A stretch of 32,473 nucleotides of DNA from Candidatus Nomurabacteria bacterium RIFCSPLOWO2_01_FULL_41_12 (GCA_001787035.1 MFUY01000011.1:1-32473); one strand, 5' to 3'. Shown: positions 7,098 through 15,939, counted from the stretch's first letter. The notes: a model not told the origin generated them from the letters alone. Made by a program: numbers and translations.

Positions 7098-7882
7098 TTT
7101 TCTTTATCCAGTCTTTTTGCTTCTGTCCAGGCGAGTTCGTAAATTACTTTCATTGCGTCGGCTATTTCCGTGCTTTCAATAATAATGCCGAGCTGTTCGC
7201 GCCAGGAAGCAATCATAACTTTATTATTGTAAATATTTATTTCTGGCGAAAAACTGTATTTGTCCGGAGGGATTAAAGCTGTTTCGCGTTTTTCTTCAGC
7301 ATTATTTTTTATTAATTCCAGATTTCCTTCTGTTTTTGGGCCGATACCACGTAGAAAAATTCCTTTTTTCGCCCTTCTCTTGTAATAGTCCGGGAAATAT
7401 CCAGGTAATATTTCATATACGTGCTCTACTGTCGCATAAGCCCTTATCGTCTCAGTTGATGTAAGCGTATCCTCATAAACTTTTTTCAAGCCTTCTTTCC
7501 CCTCATAGAAAAATACTTTCGGTCTTTCTTTTATATTGTGTATTGATTTTAATTCCGGAATAATTTCTTCTGTTTTTCTCAACGCTTCAGTCTTTGTTTT
7601 TATCTCTTCGTAAATAAACTTATTCAGATTTTCCGGCGATTCGGCGCTGTACTCCTGTTTCGGCTCCTTGCCGGAAATACTGACCAATCCTTTGGCAGAG
7701 AGGGAATCCAATATATCATACCCAGTTGTGCGGTTGATATTTGCCCGGCGGGAAATTTGCGAGACTGTCCCATGGCCGAGCAACAGGAGCGCAATATAGA
7801 CCCCAGCTTCTTTCCGTGAAAGGCCTATCTCTATAAGCAATTGTTCCAGGTGTATATGTTCTTGTTGCTCAGAGCGAATCAT
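7094..7882 (-). CDS. TrmB-family transcriptional regulator
   Basis: N-terminal wHTH LSRKEAGVYIALLLLGHGTVSQISRRANINRTTGYDILDSLSAKGLVS. It is divergent from the liv operon. Confidence 0.65.
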   Translation of the reverse strand: MIRSEQQEHIHLEQLLIEIGLSRKEAGVYIALLLLGHGTVSQISRRANINRTTGYDILDSLSAKGLVSISGKEPKQEYSAESPENLNKFIYEEIKTKTEALRKTEEIIPELKSIHNIKERPKVFFYEGKEGLKKVYEDTLTSTETIRAYATVEHVYEILPGYFPDYYKRRAKKGIFLRGIGPKTEGNLELIKNNAEEKRETALIPPDKYSFSPEINIYNNKVMIASWREQLGIIIESTEIADAMKVIYELAWTEAKRLDKEN

Positions 7883-8072
7883 AGAAATTGAGTATATACT
7901 ATTTGATATATTTGTGTCAATACTTTTCCACGAAAAATTAAGTTTTCAAAAAGACTCTCTTCAGCCAAAGAGTTATTCACATTTTATTGACTATAAGATT
8001 TGACAACTAAATTATTTCTGCTAGACTCTACTAAATAAGGTCTATTATAAGTTTTTAATTATTTAGTAATAT

Positions 8073-9203
8073 ATGACTACAACAGGAAAAGTTATTGTGT
8101 GGGGAGTGGTCGCAGTGCTTGTGATTTGGGGGATAGTTTCCATGTCCAAAAAAGACGGCACAGAATCCGAGACTATAAAAATAGGTTTCATCGGTCCCTT
8201 GACCGGAGATACGGCTAATATTGGACAAAACGCGCAAGCAGCTGTGGCCATTGCAGTTGAAGAAGTGAACAATTCAGGAGGAGTGCTCGGCAAAAAAGTG
8301 GAAGTGGTTTATGAGGATGACGGTTGCAATGGTGCAACCGCTGCCAATGCGGTGTCTAAGTTGATAAATACGGACAAAGTTGTGGCGATTTTAGGCGGGG
8401 CATGTTCCGGGGCAACGCTCGGTTCAGCGCCGATTGCGGAAGCCGCCAAGGTTGTCCAGCTATCTTACTGCTCCACCAACCCGACTATAAGTTCTGCTGG
8501 GGACTACATCTTCCGTGATGTTCCATCCGATTTGTTCCAAGCAAACTATGCGGCTGAATATCTGGTCCGAAATGGCAAAACAAAAGTGGCTTTACTGACC
8601 GTTAAGAATGACTGGGGCGATGGTTTAAACAAAGCATTTACTGATGCTCTTGCCAAAGCCGGTGGCACAATTGTCATAGCTGACTCATTTGACCCGGACG
8701 TAAAAAATTTGAAAGCTCAATTCACGAATATAAAAGCAAAAAATCCAGATGCGGTTTATTTTGTGGCTTACACCGACGCGAGCATTGCTGGCCTCAAGCA
8801 AGCGTCTGACCTCGGCATTAAGGCTCAATTTTTCGGAGCGGACGCTTGGGATGACACGAAAATTTGGAGCGAATTAGGTTCGCTTGGCAACGGCGCGATG
8901 TTCACGGTGGTCGGAACAAATTCAACCGATGCTTTTAAAGCAAAAATGAAGGTCAAGCTTGGCAAAGATGATTTAATCTACTGTTCTAACTATGCTTATG
9001 ATGGGTTGAAAGTAATTGCCGAAGCGATAAAACTTGCCAGGAGAGCTACCGGTCCGGCCATCAAGGATGCGTTATATAAAGTAAAGTACACCGGCGGAGT
9101 TTCAGCTAAAGAGCTTATGTTTGACAAGAATGGCGACCCGACTTCCGCCGCTTATGTCATAAAAGTGGCGAAAGACGGGAAACTCTCTGAATTGGCACAA
9201 TAG
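8073..9203 (+). CDS. livK: Branched-chain amino-acid ABC transporter substrate-binding protein (LivK/Peripla_BP_6-like), anchored by an N-terminal TM helix
   Basis: 376 aa. IKIGFIGPLTGDTANIGQ and the family-typical layout are present. It is the first gene in the K-H-M-G-F order. Confidence 0.75.
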   Translation: MTTTGKVIVWGVVAVLVIWGIVSMSKKDGTESETIKIGFIGPLTGDTANIGQNAQAAVAIAVEEVNNSGGVLGKKVEVVYEDDGCNGATAANAVSKLINTDKVVAILGGACSGATLGSAPIAEAAKVVQLSYCSTNPTISSAGDYIFRDVPSDLFQANYAAEYLVRNGKTKVALLTVKNDWGDGLNKAFTDALAKAGGTIVIADSFDPDVKNLKAQFTNIKAKNPDAVYFVAYTDASIAGLKQASDLGIKAQFFGADAWDDTKIWSELGSLGNGAMFTVVGTNSTDAFKAKMKVKLGKDDLIYCSNYAYDGLKVIAEAIKLARRATGPAIKDALYKVKYTGGVSAKELMFDKNGDPTSAAYVIKVAKDGKLSELAQ

Positions 9204-9213
9204 TTATAATTAG

Positions 9214-9327
9214 AAAAATCGTCGTAATAACTTTTCGCGGGGTTTTGAGCGCGACGGCGCGAGAACTTCAGGATTTTTTAAGCTTCAAAAAATTCGTACC
9301 GAAGAAAAGTTTATTACGACAATTTTT
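9214..9327 (+). repeat. Nested palindromic intergenic element, copy A (62-nt core at 9239-9300)
   Basis: The core is GGGGTTTTGAGCGCGACGGCGCGAGAACTTCAGGATTTTTTAAGCTTCAAAAAATTCGTACC. Copy-specific arms are 9214-9236 and 9304-9327, with one bulge and one mismatch. Confidence 0.85.
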
Positions 9328-9341
9328 GTTATACTTAACGT

Positions 9342-10205
9342 ATGATATTCTGGCAACTGACTCTCTATGCAATCTCTGTTGGGATGTTTTTTTCTGTACT
9401 TGCTATGGGCTGGGGACTCATTTTACGCAGCGCAAAGTTTTTTAATTTGGCTTATGGTGGAGCATTTCTGGTGGGAGGGTATATGATGTTTTTATTTTAC
9501 CGCATGTGGAACGTGCATTTCGTCTTTTCCATCTTACTTAGTCTTTTCGGGTCAGGTTTGTATATGCTACTTTCTTATAAATTTATATTTAGCGTACTTC
9601 TCCGCCGCAAAGCGAAAAGCTTGATTCTGCTTATCGCCTCCTTCGGGCTTCTGACCGCTACATCCGCAATTCTTGGCATGATTTTCGGCAATCAATCCAC
9701 TCTTATCGCGCGTCATCTAAGCGATATTTACACAGTAAATGTATTTGGAGCGGTGCTCAATTTGGCTCAGGTCGTCGCTATTGTTTTTGTTCCTGTATTA
9801 ATATTTGTTTTTGCATATATTCGTTCTTCTACGCGTTTTGGGAGAGCGATGAGAGCAATAGAAGATGATAGTGAAGTAGCCGAGTTGGTAGGGATTCCAA
9901 AAGACAAGACTCTTTTACAAATTTTCTTTATTTCCGGGACGTTAGCGGGCTTGGGCGGAATAGCGGAAGGATTTGATCTTGGGCTTATTCCGACTTCCGG
10001 ACTTATAATTATCCTTCCGACAATTGTGGCTACTGTGGTCGGGGGGATGCAAAGTTTTTGGGGCGGAATCCTCGGCGCTTTTATTCTGGCTATAGCTCAG
10101 CAATTAACAATAGTTTTCTTTGGCGGAAGCTGGGTGCAAGCGGTGCCGTTTGTTATTCTTATCATTATGCTTCTTCTACGTCCGCAGGGAATACTTAAAA
10201 GATAA
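9342..10205 (+). CDS. livH: Branched-chain amino-acid ABC transporter permease
   Basis: 287 aa polytopic protein, LivH-like, in the canonical operon position. Confidence 0.8.
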   Translation: MIFWQLTLYAISVGMFFSVLAMGWGLILRSAKFFNLAYGGAFLVGGYMMFLFYRMWNVHFVFSILLSLFGSGLYMLLSYKFIFSVLLRRKAKSLILLIASFGLLTATSAILGMIFGNQSTLIARHLSDIYTVNVFGAVLNLAQVVAIVFVPVLIFVFAYIRSSTRFGRAMRAIEDDSEVAELVGIPKDKTLLQIFFISGTLAGLGGIAEGFDLGLIPTSGLIIILPTIVATVVGGMQSFWGGILGAFILAIAQQLTIVFFGGSWVQAVPFVILIIMLLLRPQGILKR

Positions 10206-10210
10206 CCTGT

Positions 10211-10277
10211 CCCGTACTAAATTTTTGATTACAAAAAATGACCATTATAAGTAAAAACTTAAAATTTTAGTACCGGG
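10211..10277. repeat. Long intercistronic hairpin; possible degenerate relative of the nested element
   Basis: CCCGTACTAAATTTTT (10211-10226) pairs with AAAATTTTAGTACCGGG (10261-10277). GTAC..ATTTTTGA..AAAAAAT weakly resembles the core arm. The 3' arm abuts the livM ATG. Confidence 0.35.
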
Positions 10278-11144
10278 ATGGAATATATTTTTCACATTTT
10301 AATACTTGTATCCATCTACGGCATTTTGGCTCTGGCGCAAAATTTAGTAATGGGCGGAGCGGGCTTGCTGACGATTGCCGGAGCCGCTTTTTACGGGATT
10401 GGCGCATACGCGGCGGCAATTCTGGCTACAAAATTCGGCTTTAATATTTTTACCACATTGATAATTGCGCCGCTAGTTGCGGGTCTGATTGCGCTAATGG
10501 TCGGGAGCACTTTTGCGCGCTTTCGGGACGATTATTTCATGCTGGCGACTCTCGGGTTTTTGATGATATTCAATACCGTAGTGCGGAATTGGGAGAGTTT
10601 TACTGGTGGGTCTTACGGTATAGCCGGAATTCCGAAACCGCACGTCTTTGGTTTTGTTTTTGATACGCCTCTTTCTTTTGTTTTTCTCGCAGTTGTTGTC
10701 CTTCTTATAGTTACAGCTATAACTTATTTTATTTCCCGCTCATCATTCGGCCGGGTGCTGAATGCTATTCGCGAAGACGAAGACGCACTTGCTATTTTCG
10801 GCTACAAAACGTCAACTTACAAATTAATGGCTTTTTCTATCGGAGCGGCTTTAACTGCATGGGGCGGCGTGCTTTTTGCAAGCTATCTTACTTTTATTGA
10901 CTCAAGGCTATTTACGGTAAATGAATCTATCCTTCTTTGGGCGATGATTATTTTAGGAGGAATCGCGAGAAATCGTGGAGCCTTGCTCGGAGCTTTTCTT
11001 TTAATAACAGTTCCCGAAGCATTGCGGTTTATTGGTTTTCCAGTGGACTTTGCCGCGTTGCTACGGCAATGTATATATGGGCTGCTACTTGTTTTCTTAA
11101 TGTTATATCGTCCGAAAGGAATTTTAGGGAAATATAAATTATGA
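10278..11144 (+). CDS. livM: Branched-chain amino-acid ABC transporter permease
   Basis: 288 aa polytopic protein, LivM-like, in the canonical position. Confidence 0.8.
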   Translation: MEYIFHILILVSIYGILALAQNLVMGGAGLLTIAGAAFYGIGAYAAAILATKFGFNIFTTLIIAPLVAGLIALMVGSTFARFRDDYFMLATLGFLMIFNTVVRNWESFTGGSYGIAGIPKPHVFGFVFDTPLSFVFLAVVVLLIVTAITYFISRSSFGRVLNAIREDEDALAIFGYKTSTYKLMAFSIGAALTAWGGVLFASYLTFIDSRLFTVNESILLWAMIILGGIARNRGALLGAFLLITVPEALRFIGFPVDFAALLRQCIYGLLLVFLMLYRPKGILGKYKL

Positions 11145-11150
11145 TAAATA

Positions 11151-11885
11151 ATGAAAAATATTATTAAAACAAAACAATTAGTAAAACATTTCGGCGGGGT
11201 AAGTGCCGTAGACCACCTTTCTATTACTATCCCAAAAGGGCAAATTACCGGACTAGTAGGTCCAAATGGCAGTGGCAAGACAACGCTCATTAATTTGCTA
11301 TCCGGCTTTTTTTCTCACGATAAAGGCGCGATATTATTCTCCGATACCGAGAGAAGAAAAATTCTTCCTTGGGAAAACAAAATTTATAATATTACCCGCA
11401 CTTTTCAGCAAATCAGGCTTTTTGACCAAATGACTGTGCTAGACAATATGTTGGTAGTTTTAACCGAACGCAATCCATTTTGGTCTTTATTTGAAAAGCA
11501 TAATAAGTATCACATAAAGCAGGCGGAAGATATCCTGGGGCACTTGGGTTTATATGAAAAAAGATTTCATAATGCCGGTGATTTGTCATACGGCCAGAGA
11601 AAACTTTTGGAAATTGGACGGGTACTCTCTATGGATGCGGACACAATTCTTTTTGACGAACCTTTTGCCGGGCTTTTTCCTGAAATGATTAAGCAGATTG
11701 AGGGAATTATTAAAGAATTAAAACAAAAAGGGAAGACAATAGTTCTTGTTGAGCACAACATGGCGATTATCCGGTCTTTGTGCGATTATGTCATTGTGAT
11801 GGATGCCGGCAAAATGCTTGCCGAAGGCAGTCCGGAAAAAGTATTATCAGAGAAAATTGTTTTAGAAGCGTATTTAGGAGAGTAG
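11151..11885 (+). CDS. livG: ABC transporter ATP-binding protein, LivG type
   Basis: Walker A GPNGSGKTT, signature LSYGQRKLLEIGR, Walker B ILFDEP. Confidence 0.85.
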   Translation: MKNIIKTKQLVKHFGGVSAVDHLSITIPKGQITGLVGPNGSGKTTLINLLSGFFSHDKGAILFSDTERRKILPWENKIYNITRTFQQIRLFDQMTVLDNMLVVLTERNPFWSLFEKHNKYHIKQAEDILGHLGLYEKRFHNAGDLSYGQRKLLEIGRVLSMDADTILFDEPFAGLFPEMIKQIEGIIKELKQKGKTIVLVEHNMAIIRSLCDYVIVMDAGKMLAEGSPEKVLSEKIVLEAYLGE

Positions 11886-11892
11886 AATTATG

Positions 11893-12017
11893 ATAAATTT
11901 ATGAATACAAACTTTCCTTTGGTACGGATTTTTCAATAAACGGTTAGTCTTAAAAAATTCTGAAGTTCAGAGCTCGCCAGCCTCGAAACCCCGCGGAAAG
12001 CTTTATTAAAAATTTAT
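11893..12017 (-). repeat. Nested palindromic intergenic element, copy B (diverged and inverted)
   Basis: The core at 11921-11992 retains GGTACGGATTTTT...AAAAAATTCTGAAGTT...AAACCCC with extra loop sequence. Arms are 11893-11917 and 11995-12017, with about 21 of 25 positions paired. The 3' arm covers the first two bases of the livF ATG. Confidence 0.7.
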
Positions 12018-12729
12018 GAAACCATTACTAGAATTAAAAAATATTTCAGCCGGATATGGAGAGCAGAAAATCATACACGATATTTCGCTTTTTATAAATG
12101 GGGGTGAAATCGTGGCATTAATGGGCCCGAATGGAGCAGGAAAATCCACGATTTTAAAAGCAATTTTTGGCTTAATATCCCATACTGGCGCTTTATTTTA
12201 TCAAGAAGAGAAAATTATTCCAACGCCCTCTCAAATTGTGAAAATGGGAGTGGCTTTTGTGCCTCAAGGCAGGCGAGTGTTTAATAATCTGACAGTGGAA
12301 GAAAATCTGGAAATTGGCGGGTTTTCTTTGAATGATGAAGAAGAATGCAGAAGGAGAGCCAAACATCTTATGCATCTTTTTCCTGCACTTCATGCTAAAA
12401 AAGATGCTTATGCCGGGACGCTCTCCGGTGGGCAGCAGCAGCTTCTTTCTATTGCCCGCGGACTGATGATGCAGCCGAAACTTCTCTTGCTTGATGAGCC
12501 CACGCTTGGCCTCTCGCCGAAAGTTGTGAAGGAAATTTTCCAAACCATCAAAGATATCAATAAAAATCAAAAAACAGCCATTCTCATCGTGGAGCACAAT
12601 CTTCATTCTCTTTTGCCGATTACTGATCGCGCGTATGTCCTTGCTCATGGCAAAATCGTTGTCTCCGACACCGGTCCAAATATCGCCAAGAGTGATATCC
12701 TTGAGCGGGTTTTTATGGGGAAGATATAA
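12016..12729 (+). CDS. livF: ABC transporter ATP-binding protein, LivF type
   Basis: Walker A GPNGAGKST, signature LSGGQQQLLSIAR, Walker B LLLDEP. Confidence 0.85.
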   Translation: MKPLLELKNISAGYGEQKIIHDISLFINGGEIVALMGPNGAGKSTILKAIFGLISHTGALFYQEEKIIPTPSQIVKMGVAFVPQGRRVFNNLTVEENLEIGGFSLNDEEECRRRAKHLMHLFPALHAKKDAYAGTLSGGQQQLLSIARGLMMQPKLLLLDEPTLGLSPKVVKEIFQTIKDINKNQKTAILIVEHNLHSLLPITDRAYVLAHGKIVVSDTGPNIAKSDILERVFMGKI

Positions 12730-12736
12730 AAATTAA

Positions 12737-12849
12737 AAAAATAATAAATATAAATTTTTTTAGGTACGGATTTTTTGAAGCTTAAAAAATCCTGAAGTTT
12801 TCACGCCGTCGCGTTCAAAACCCCTAAAAAACTTATATTTATTATTTTT
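12737..12849 (-). repeat. Nested palindromic intergenic element, copy C (inverted)
   Basis: The core at 12763-12824 matches the reverse complement of copy D at 58 of 62 positions. The A/T-only arms are 12737-12762 and 12825-12849. Confidence 0.85.
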
Positions 12850-12850
12850 C

Positions 12851-12890
12851 AGGAAAACAAAAATCCCCATAAAGGGATTTTTGTTTTCCT
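12851..12890. terminator. Bidirectional hairpin between the convergent livF and hup genes
   Basis: AGGAAAACAAAAATCCC and GGGATTTTTGTTTTCCT form a 17-bp perfect stem with a 6-nt loop. The arms are U-rich. Confidence 0.55.
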
Positions 12891-12931
12891 ACATTTCTCT
12901 CGAGAGAACCCGCCAAAGGACGGGCAGGAAT

Positions 12932-13204
12932 TTACGCAACTGTGTCTTTCAAACCTTTTGCCGGTCGGAATTTCGGAACTCTCTTTGCAGCCACTTTGAC
13001 TTGCGCTCCAGTCTTTGGATTGCGGGCCATTCTGGCAGCTCTTTGCTTTACGGAAAAGATTCCGAAGCCAGCGATTGATACTTCGCCGCCCTTTTTCAAG
13101 GTCTGGACGATAGCATCAAACAATCCGTCTACGACTTCTTCAGCCTGCACTTTGGTACCACCGAGTTTTCCGTGTACCCAGTCAGCCAATGCTTGTTTGT
13201 TCAT
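12932..13204 (-). CDS. hup: HU-family DNA-binding protein
   Basis: 90 aa. MNKQALADWV..., GFGIFSVKQRAARMARNPKTG and PKFRPAKGLKD are present. Confidence 0.9.
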   Translation of the reverse strand: MNKQALADWVHGKLGGTKVQAEEVVDGLFDAIVQTLKKGGEVSIAGFGIFSVKQRAARMARNPKTGAQVKVAAKRVPKFRPAKGLKDTVA

Positions 13205-13250
13205 ATTTTTAAAAGTTATTTTTATAATTCTTTCGACCTTGCCCGCCTGC

Positions 13251-13271
13251 TTACCCGCCCTAGGCGGGTAA
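13251..13271 (-). other. GC hairpin upstream of hup
   Basis: TTACCCGCC-CTA-GGCGGGTAA forms a 9-bp stem. There is no U-tract in the direction of transcription. Confidence 0.3.
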
Positions 13272-13336
13272 AGAGGGCTAATTACCTATATAAATCAATA
13301 CCTACCTATTATATATCAAGGGTTTTTTAAGGGCAA

Positions 13337-13473
13337 GCCCCCACACTTATCTTTGGTATTATCCTGCTTTTTCAATAAAATTATTACTTTTACCTATATT
13401 TCCTGTAAAAAACCAGTTTATTAAAAGATTTATTTAGCAGAATAAAAAGCTATACCAAAATAAGTGTGGGGGC
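13337..13473 (-). other. Long-range ~23-bp inverted repeat just downstream of the membrane-protein gene
   Basis: GCCCCCACACTTATCTTTGGTAT (13337-13359) pairs with ATACCAAAATAAGTGTGGGGGC (13452-13473) with one bulge. It encloses 92 AT-rich nt. Confidence 0.4.
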
Positions 13474-13480
13474 AAGTCCT

Positions 13481-14398
13481 TTACCAGACCACTTCTTTGG
13501 AAGGGAATAAAGCCCGAAGCATTGATAAAAACACCGGAAATTGAAGTGGCCATAAAAACATAGCCACAACAGGCACATTTAATATGCGAATATTGTCGTA
13601 TGGCCAGTTGGCGAAAACCCACACCTGGAAAGGTCCGTTTAAAAATTCAATTGAAACAATAGCGATAATATTCGCAATTGTTATAAAAATAATCGGCCAA
13701 AAATTACCTGACAAAATGTCGTGAGTTAAGGTCTGCTTGTTTTGTTTGAAGCATATGTATTCAAAAATGAAGAAAGTGGCAATGAAAACCAAGATGATTA
13801 TATAGAATCCAGAAAAGGGCACTTCTCCTTTTTGATTGATTATAAAAGACGAGAGAGATGGATTGGCCAAAAATCTTAGAGCATAGTTGATGCTTAAAAG
13901 ATAGCCAATAATGCCAAGGACAAGTTCGCTATTCATTATCATCTCATAAAACTGTTTCTTGACATAATGCCCCAGATTGATCTTTCTGTGATTTGTCACT
14001 AGATCTTTTGCAAACTCATATAAGATAAAAAGGAGGAGAGTATATGCGCCGAACGCAAATGGCGCTATCGCTAAATAAATTTTCAATGACCAAAATGGGT
14101 AATACCAAAGTCTAGCCACAAATACGCCAAAGCCGTCCAAAAGAACGCAGAAAAGTAAAGATACTACACTAATAATAAAGAGTTTTCTCCCTCTCCATAT
14201 TGTGTCGGGGATAACGCTATGAGAGAAATATTTTCTTTCAAAAAAATCAAACAAGCATATAAGCCCAGCCCAGCTGATGCCTAAAGGCAGAACGACAAAC
14301 CAATTATAGCTGCCTAAAAAGATAGTCATCCATAAGGCGGAGAAAAATAAGATGAAAATACCTAACGAAAATTCATGATGCGTGATAAATTTCCACAT
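13481..14398 (-). CDS. Polytopic membrane protein, function unknown
   Basis: 305 aa with about 8 hydrophobic helices. It lies 5 nt downstream of rny. Confidence 0.55.
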   Translation of the reverse strand: MWKFITHHEFSLGIFILFFSALWMTIFLGSYNWFVVLPLGISWAGLICLFDFFERKYFSHSVIPDTIWRGRKLFIISVVSLLFCVLLDGFGVFVARLWYYPFWSLKIYLAIAPFAFGAYTLLLFILYEFAKDLVTNHRKINLGHYVKKQFYEMIMNSELVLGIIGYLLSINYALRFLANPSLSSFIINQKGEVPFSGFYIIILVFIATFFIFEYICFKQNKQTLTHDILSGNFWPIIFITIANIIAIVSIEFLNGPFQVWVFANWPYDNIRILNVPVVAMFLWPLQFPVFLSMLRALFPSKEVVW

Positions 14399-14403
14399 TG
14401 TTT

Positions 14404-15939
14404 TTATCTTGCATATTCTATCACTCTCGTTTCGCGGATCAAAGTTACTTTGATTTCTCCGGGATATTTGAGTTCTTGCTCTATTTTCATCGCTATGTCG
14501 CGGGCGAGGAGCTTGGCTTCGGCGTCGGAGATTTTCTCTGGGGTGACAAAGATGCGGATTTCACGTCCGGCTTGGAGAGCATAAGATTTTTCAACGGCAG
14601 GGAAGGCGTTGACCAGCGCCTCTAGTTCTTGCAATCTCTTCAAGTAATTTTCCACCGAGTCGCGACGCGCACCGGGACGGCCGCCAGAGATTGCATCGGC
14701 GGTCTGCACAATAATAGCTTCAATGGTTTCATAGGGGTAGTCTTCATGGTGGCTTTTCATCGCGGTGATGATGCGTTCATCGGCTCCGAATTTCTGCAAT
14801 ATTCTGATGCCTATTTCAATGTGCGTGCCTTGCACTTCGTGGTCAAGCGCTTTGCCGATGTCGTGCACCAATGCTCCGGCTTTGGCGATGGCAACATCCG
14901 CGCCCAATTCTTCAGCCAGCATGCCAGCGATGTGCGCCATTTCAATGGAATGCTGAAGCACGTTTTGCCCGTAGCTGGTGCGGAAATATAATCGTCCGAT
15001 AATGGCAATGATGCGGGGGTCAAAGTTGAATATCCCGCATTCATAGACTGCCTGTTCGCCTTTCTCTTTGATTATTTTATTTATTTCTTCCTTGGCTTTT
15101 TCCACCAGCTCTTCTATCTTGGCCGGCTGAATGCGCCCGTCCAAAATCAAGTTTTCCAAGGCCAGGCGGGCGACTTGCCTTCTGATCGGATCAAATGAAG
15201 AAATGACAATTGAGCCGGGAGTATCGTCCACAATCAGCTCCACTCCCGAGGCTCTTTCAAAAGCCCTGATATTTCTGCCTTCTTTTCCTATTATTTTGCC
15301 TTTTATTTCATTATTCGGTATGGATACCACGGTCGTCATCAATTCAGAAGCCGTACTGGAAGCCAGACGCTGGATACTCGTAGCCAAGATATCTTTAGCC
15401 CTTAATTCTAATTTTTCCTGATTGCTATTTTCCAGTTTCTGGATTCTGACCAAGATATCTTCTTCATATTTCTTTTCTATGTCCCGCAAAAGCTCTTCTT
15501 TAGCCTCTCCCTCCGTCAACTTTGCCACTCTTTCCAGCTCTGTCCTCTTTTCTTCTTCTACCTTTAATACTTTTTCCTGGATCTTTTTTATTTCCTCAAC
15601 TTTCAATTTTATGTTCTCAACCTCCTTATCTATCTCAACCTGTCGAGCGTCCAAAAACTCGTCTTTTTTGACAAGCCTTAGTTCTTTATCTCTCCATTCC
15701 TGTTCTTTCTTTTTTTCTTCCTCTTTTAGTTCTGCGAGTTTGCCTTCCGACGCCTTTTTTGCCTCGTCGGTAATATTTTGCGCCTCTTCTTTGGCGTCCA
15801 TCAGCATCCGCTTGATGTCTATTTCGATGGACCTTCTTTTTCCCAACGCGACTATCACTCGCAGATAATACCCAATTAGAACGCCCAAAAGGAGTACTCC
15901 GACTCCGATTAAAATTATTATTATGCTCATAAGCTTCAT
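14404..15939 (-). CDS. rny: Ribonuclease Y
   Basis: N-terminal TM helix, K/E-rich coiled coil, KH motif GKIIGKEGRNIRAFE, HD motif ALVHDIGKA. Confidence 0.9.
   Translation of the reverse strand: MKLMSIIIILIGVGVLLLGVLIGYYLRVIVALGKRRSIEIDIKRMLMDAKEEAQNITDEAKKASEGKLAELKEEEKKKEQEWRDKELRLVKKDEFLDARQVEIDKEVENIKLKVEEIKKIQEKVLKVEEEKRTELERVAKLTEGEAKEELLRDIEKKYEEDILVRIQKLENSNQEKLELRAKDILATSIQRLASSTASELMTTVVSIPNNEIKGKIIGKEGRNIRAFERASGVELIVDDTPGSIVISSFDPIRRQVARLALENLILDGRIQPAKIEELVEKAKEEINKIIKEKGEQAVYECGIFNFDPRIIAIIGRLYFRTSYGQNVLQHSIEMAHIAGMLAEELGADVAIAKAGALVHDIGKALDHEVQGTHIEIGIRILQKFGADERIITAMKSHHEDYPYETIEAIIVQTADAISGGRPGARRDSVENYLKRLQELEALVNAFPAVEKSYALQAGREIRIFVTPEKISDAEAKLLARDIAMKIEQELKYPGEIKVTLIRETRVIEYAR

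Noticed and set aside
9245-9445. ORF-track ORFs that begin inside repeat copies A and D (9245-9445 and 28351-28548).
   Set aside because: They start within the conserved structured core and read it in different frames. The first runs into livH out of frame, and the second is antisense to the COG4315 gene. They are best explained as artefacts of the repeat.
11137-11898. An exact 13-nt direct repeat, AATTATGATAAAT, at the livM stop (11137-11149) and just after the livG stop (11886-11898).
   Set aside because: It is AT-only sequence in an AT-rich genome, so its significance cannot be judged without a background model. It may simply reflect similar stop and start contexts.
9214-12849. The nested elements as integron attC sites or a CRISPR array.
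   Set aside because: There is no intI and no R''/R' core sites (RYYYAAC/GTTRRRY) at the arm ends, and the flanking genes form a canonical liv operon, not cassettes. Copies are irregularly spaced and in both orientations, with no cas genes.
15422-15868. Ser/Phe-rich low-complexity ORFs antisense to rny. The same type occurs at 20585-21001 opposite the coiled-coil gene and at 843-1187 opposite the kinase.
   Set aside because: They are mirror images of K/E-rich coding sequence on the other strand, and the opposite-strand genes have strong family motifs.
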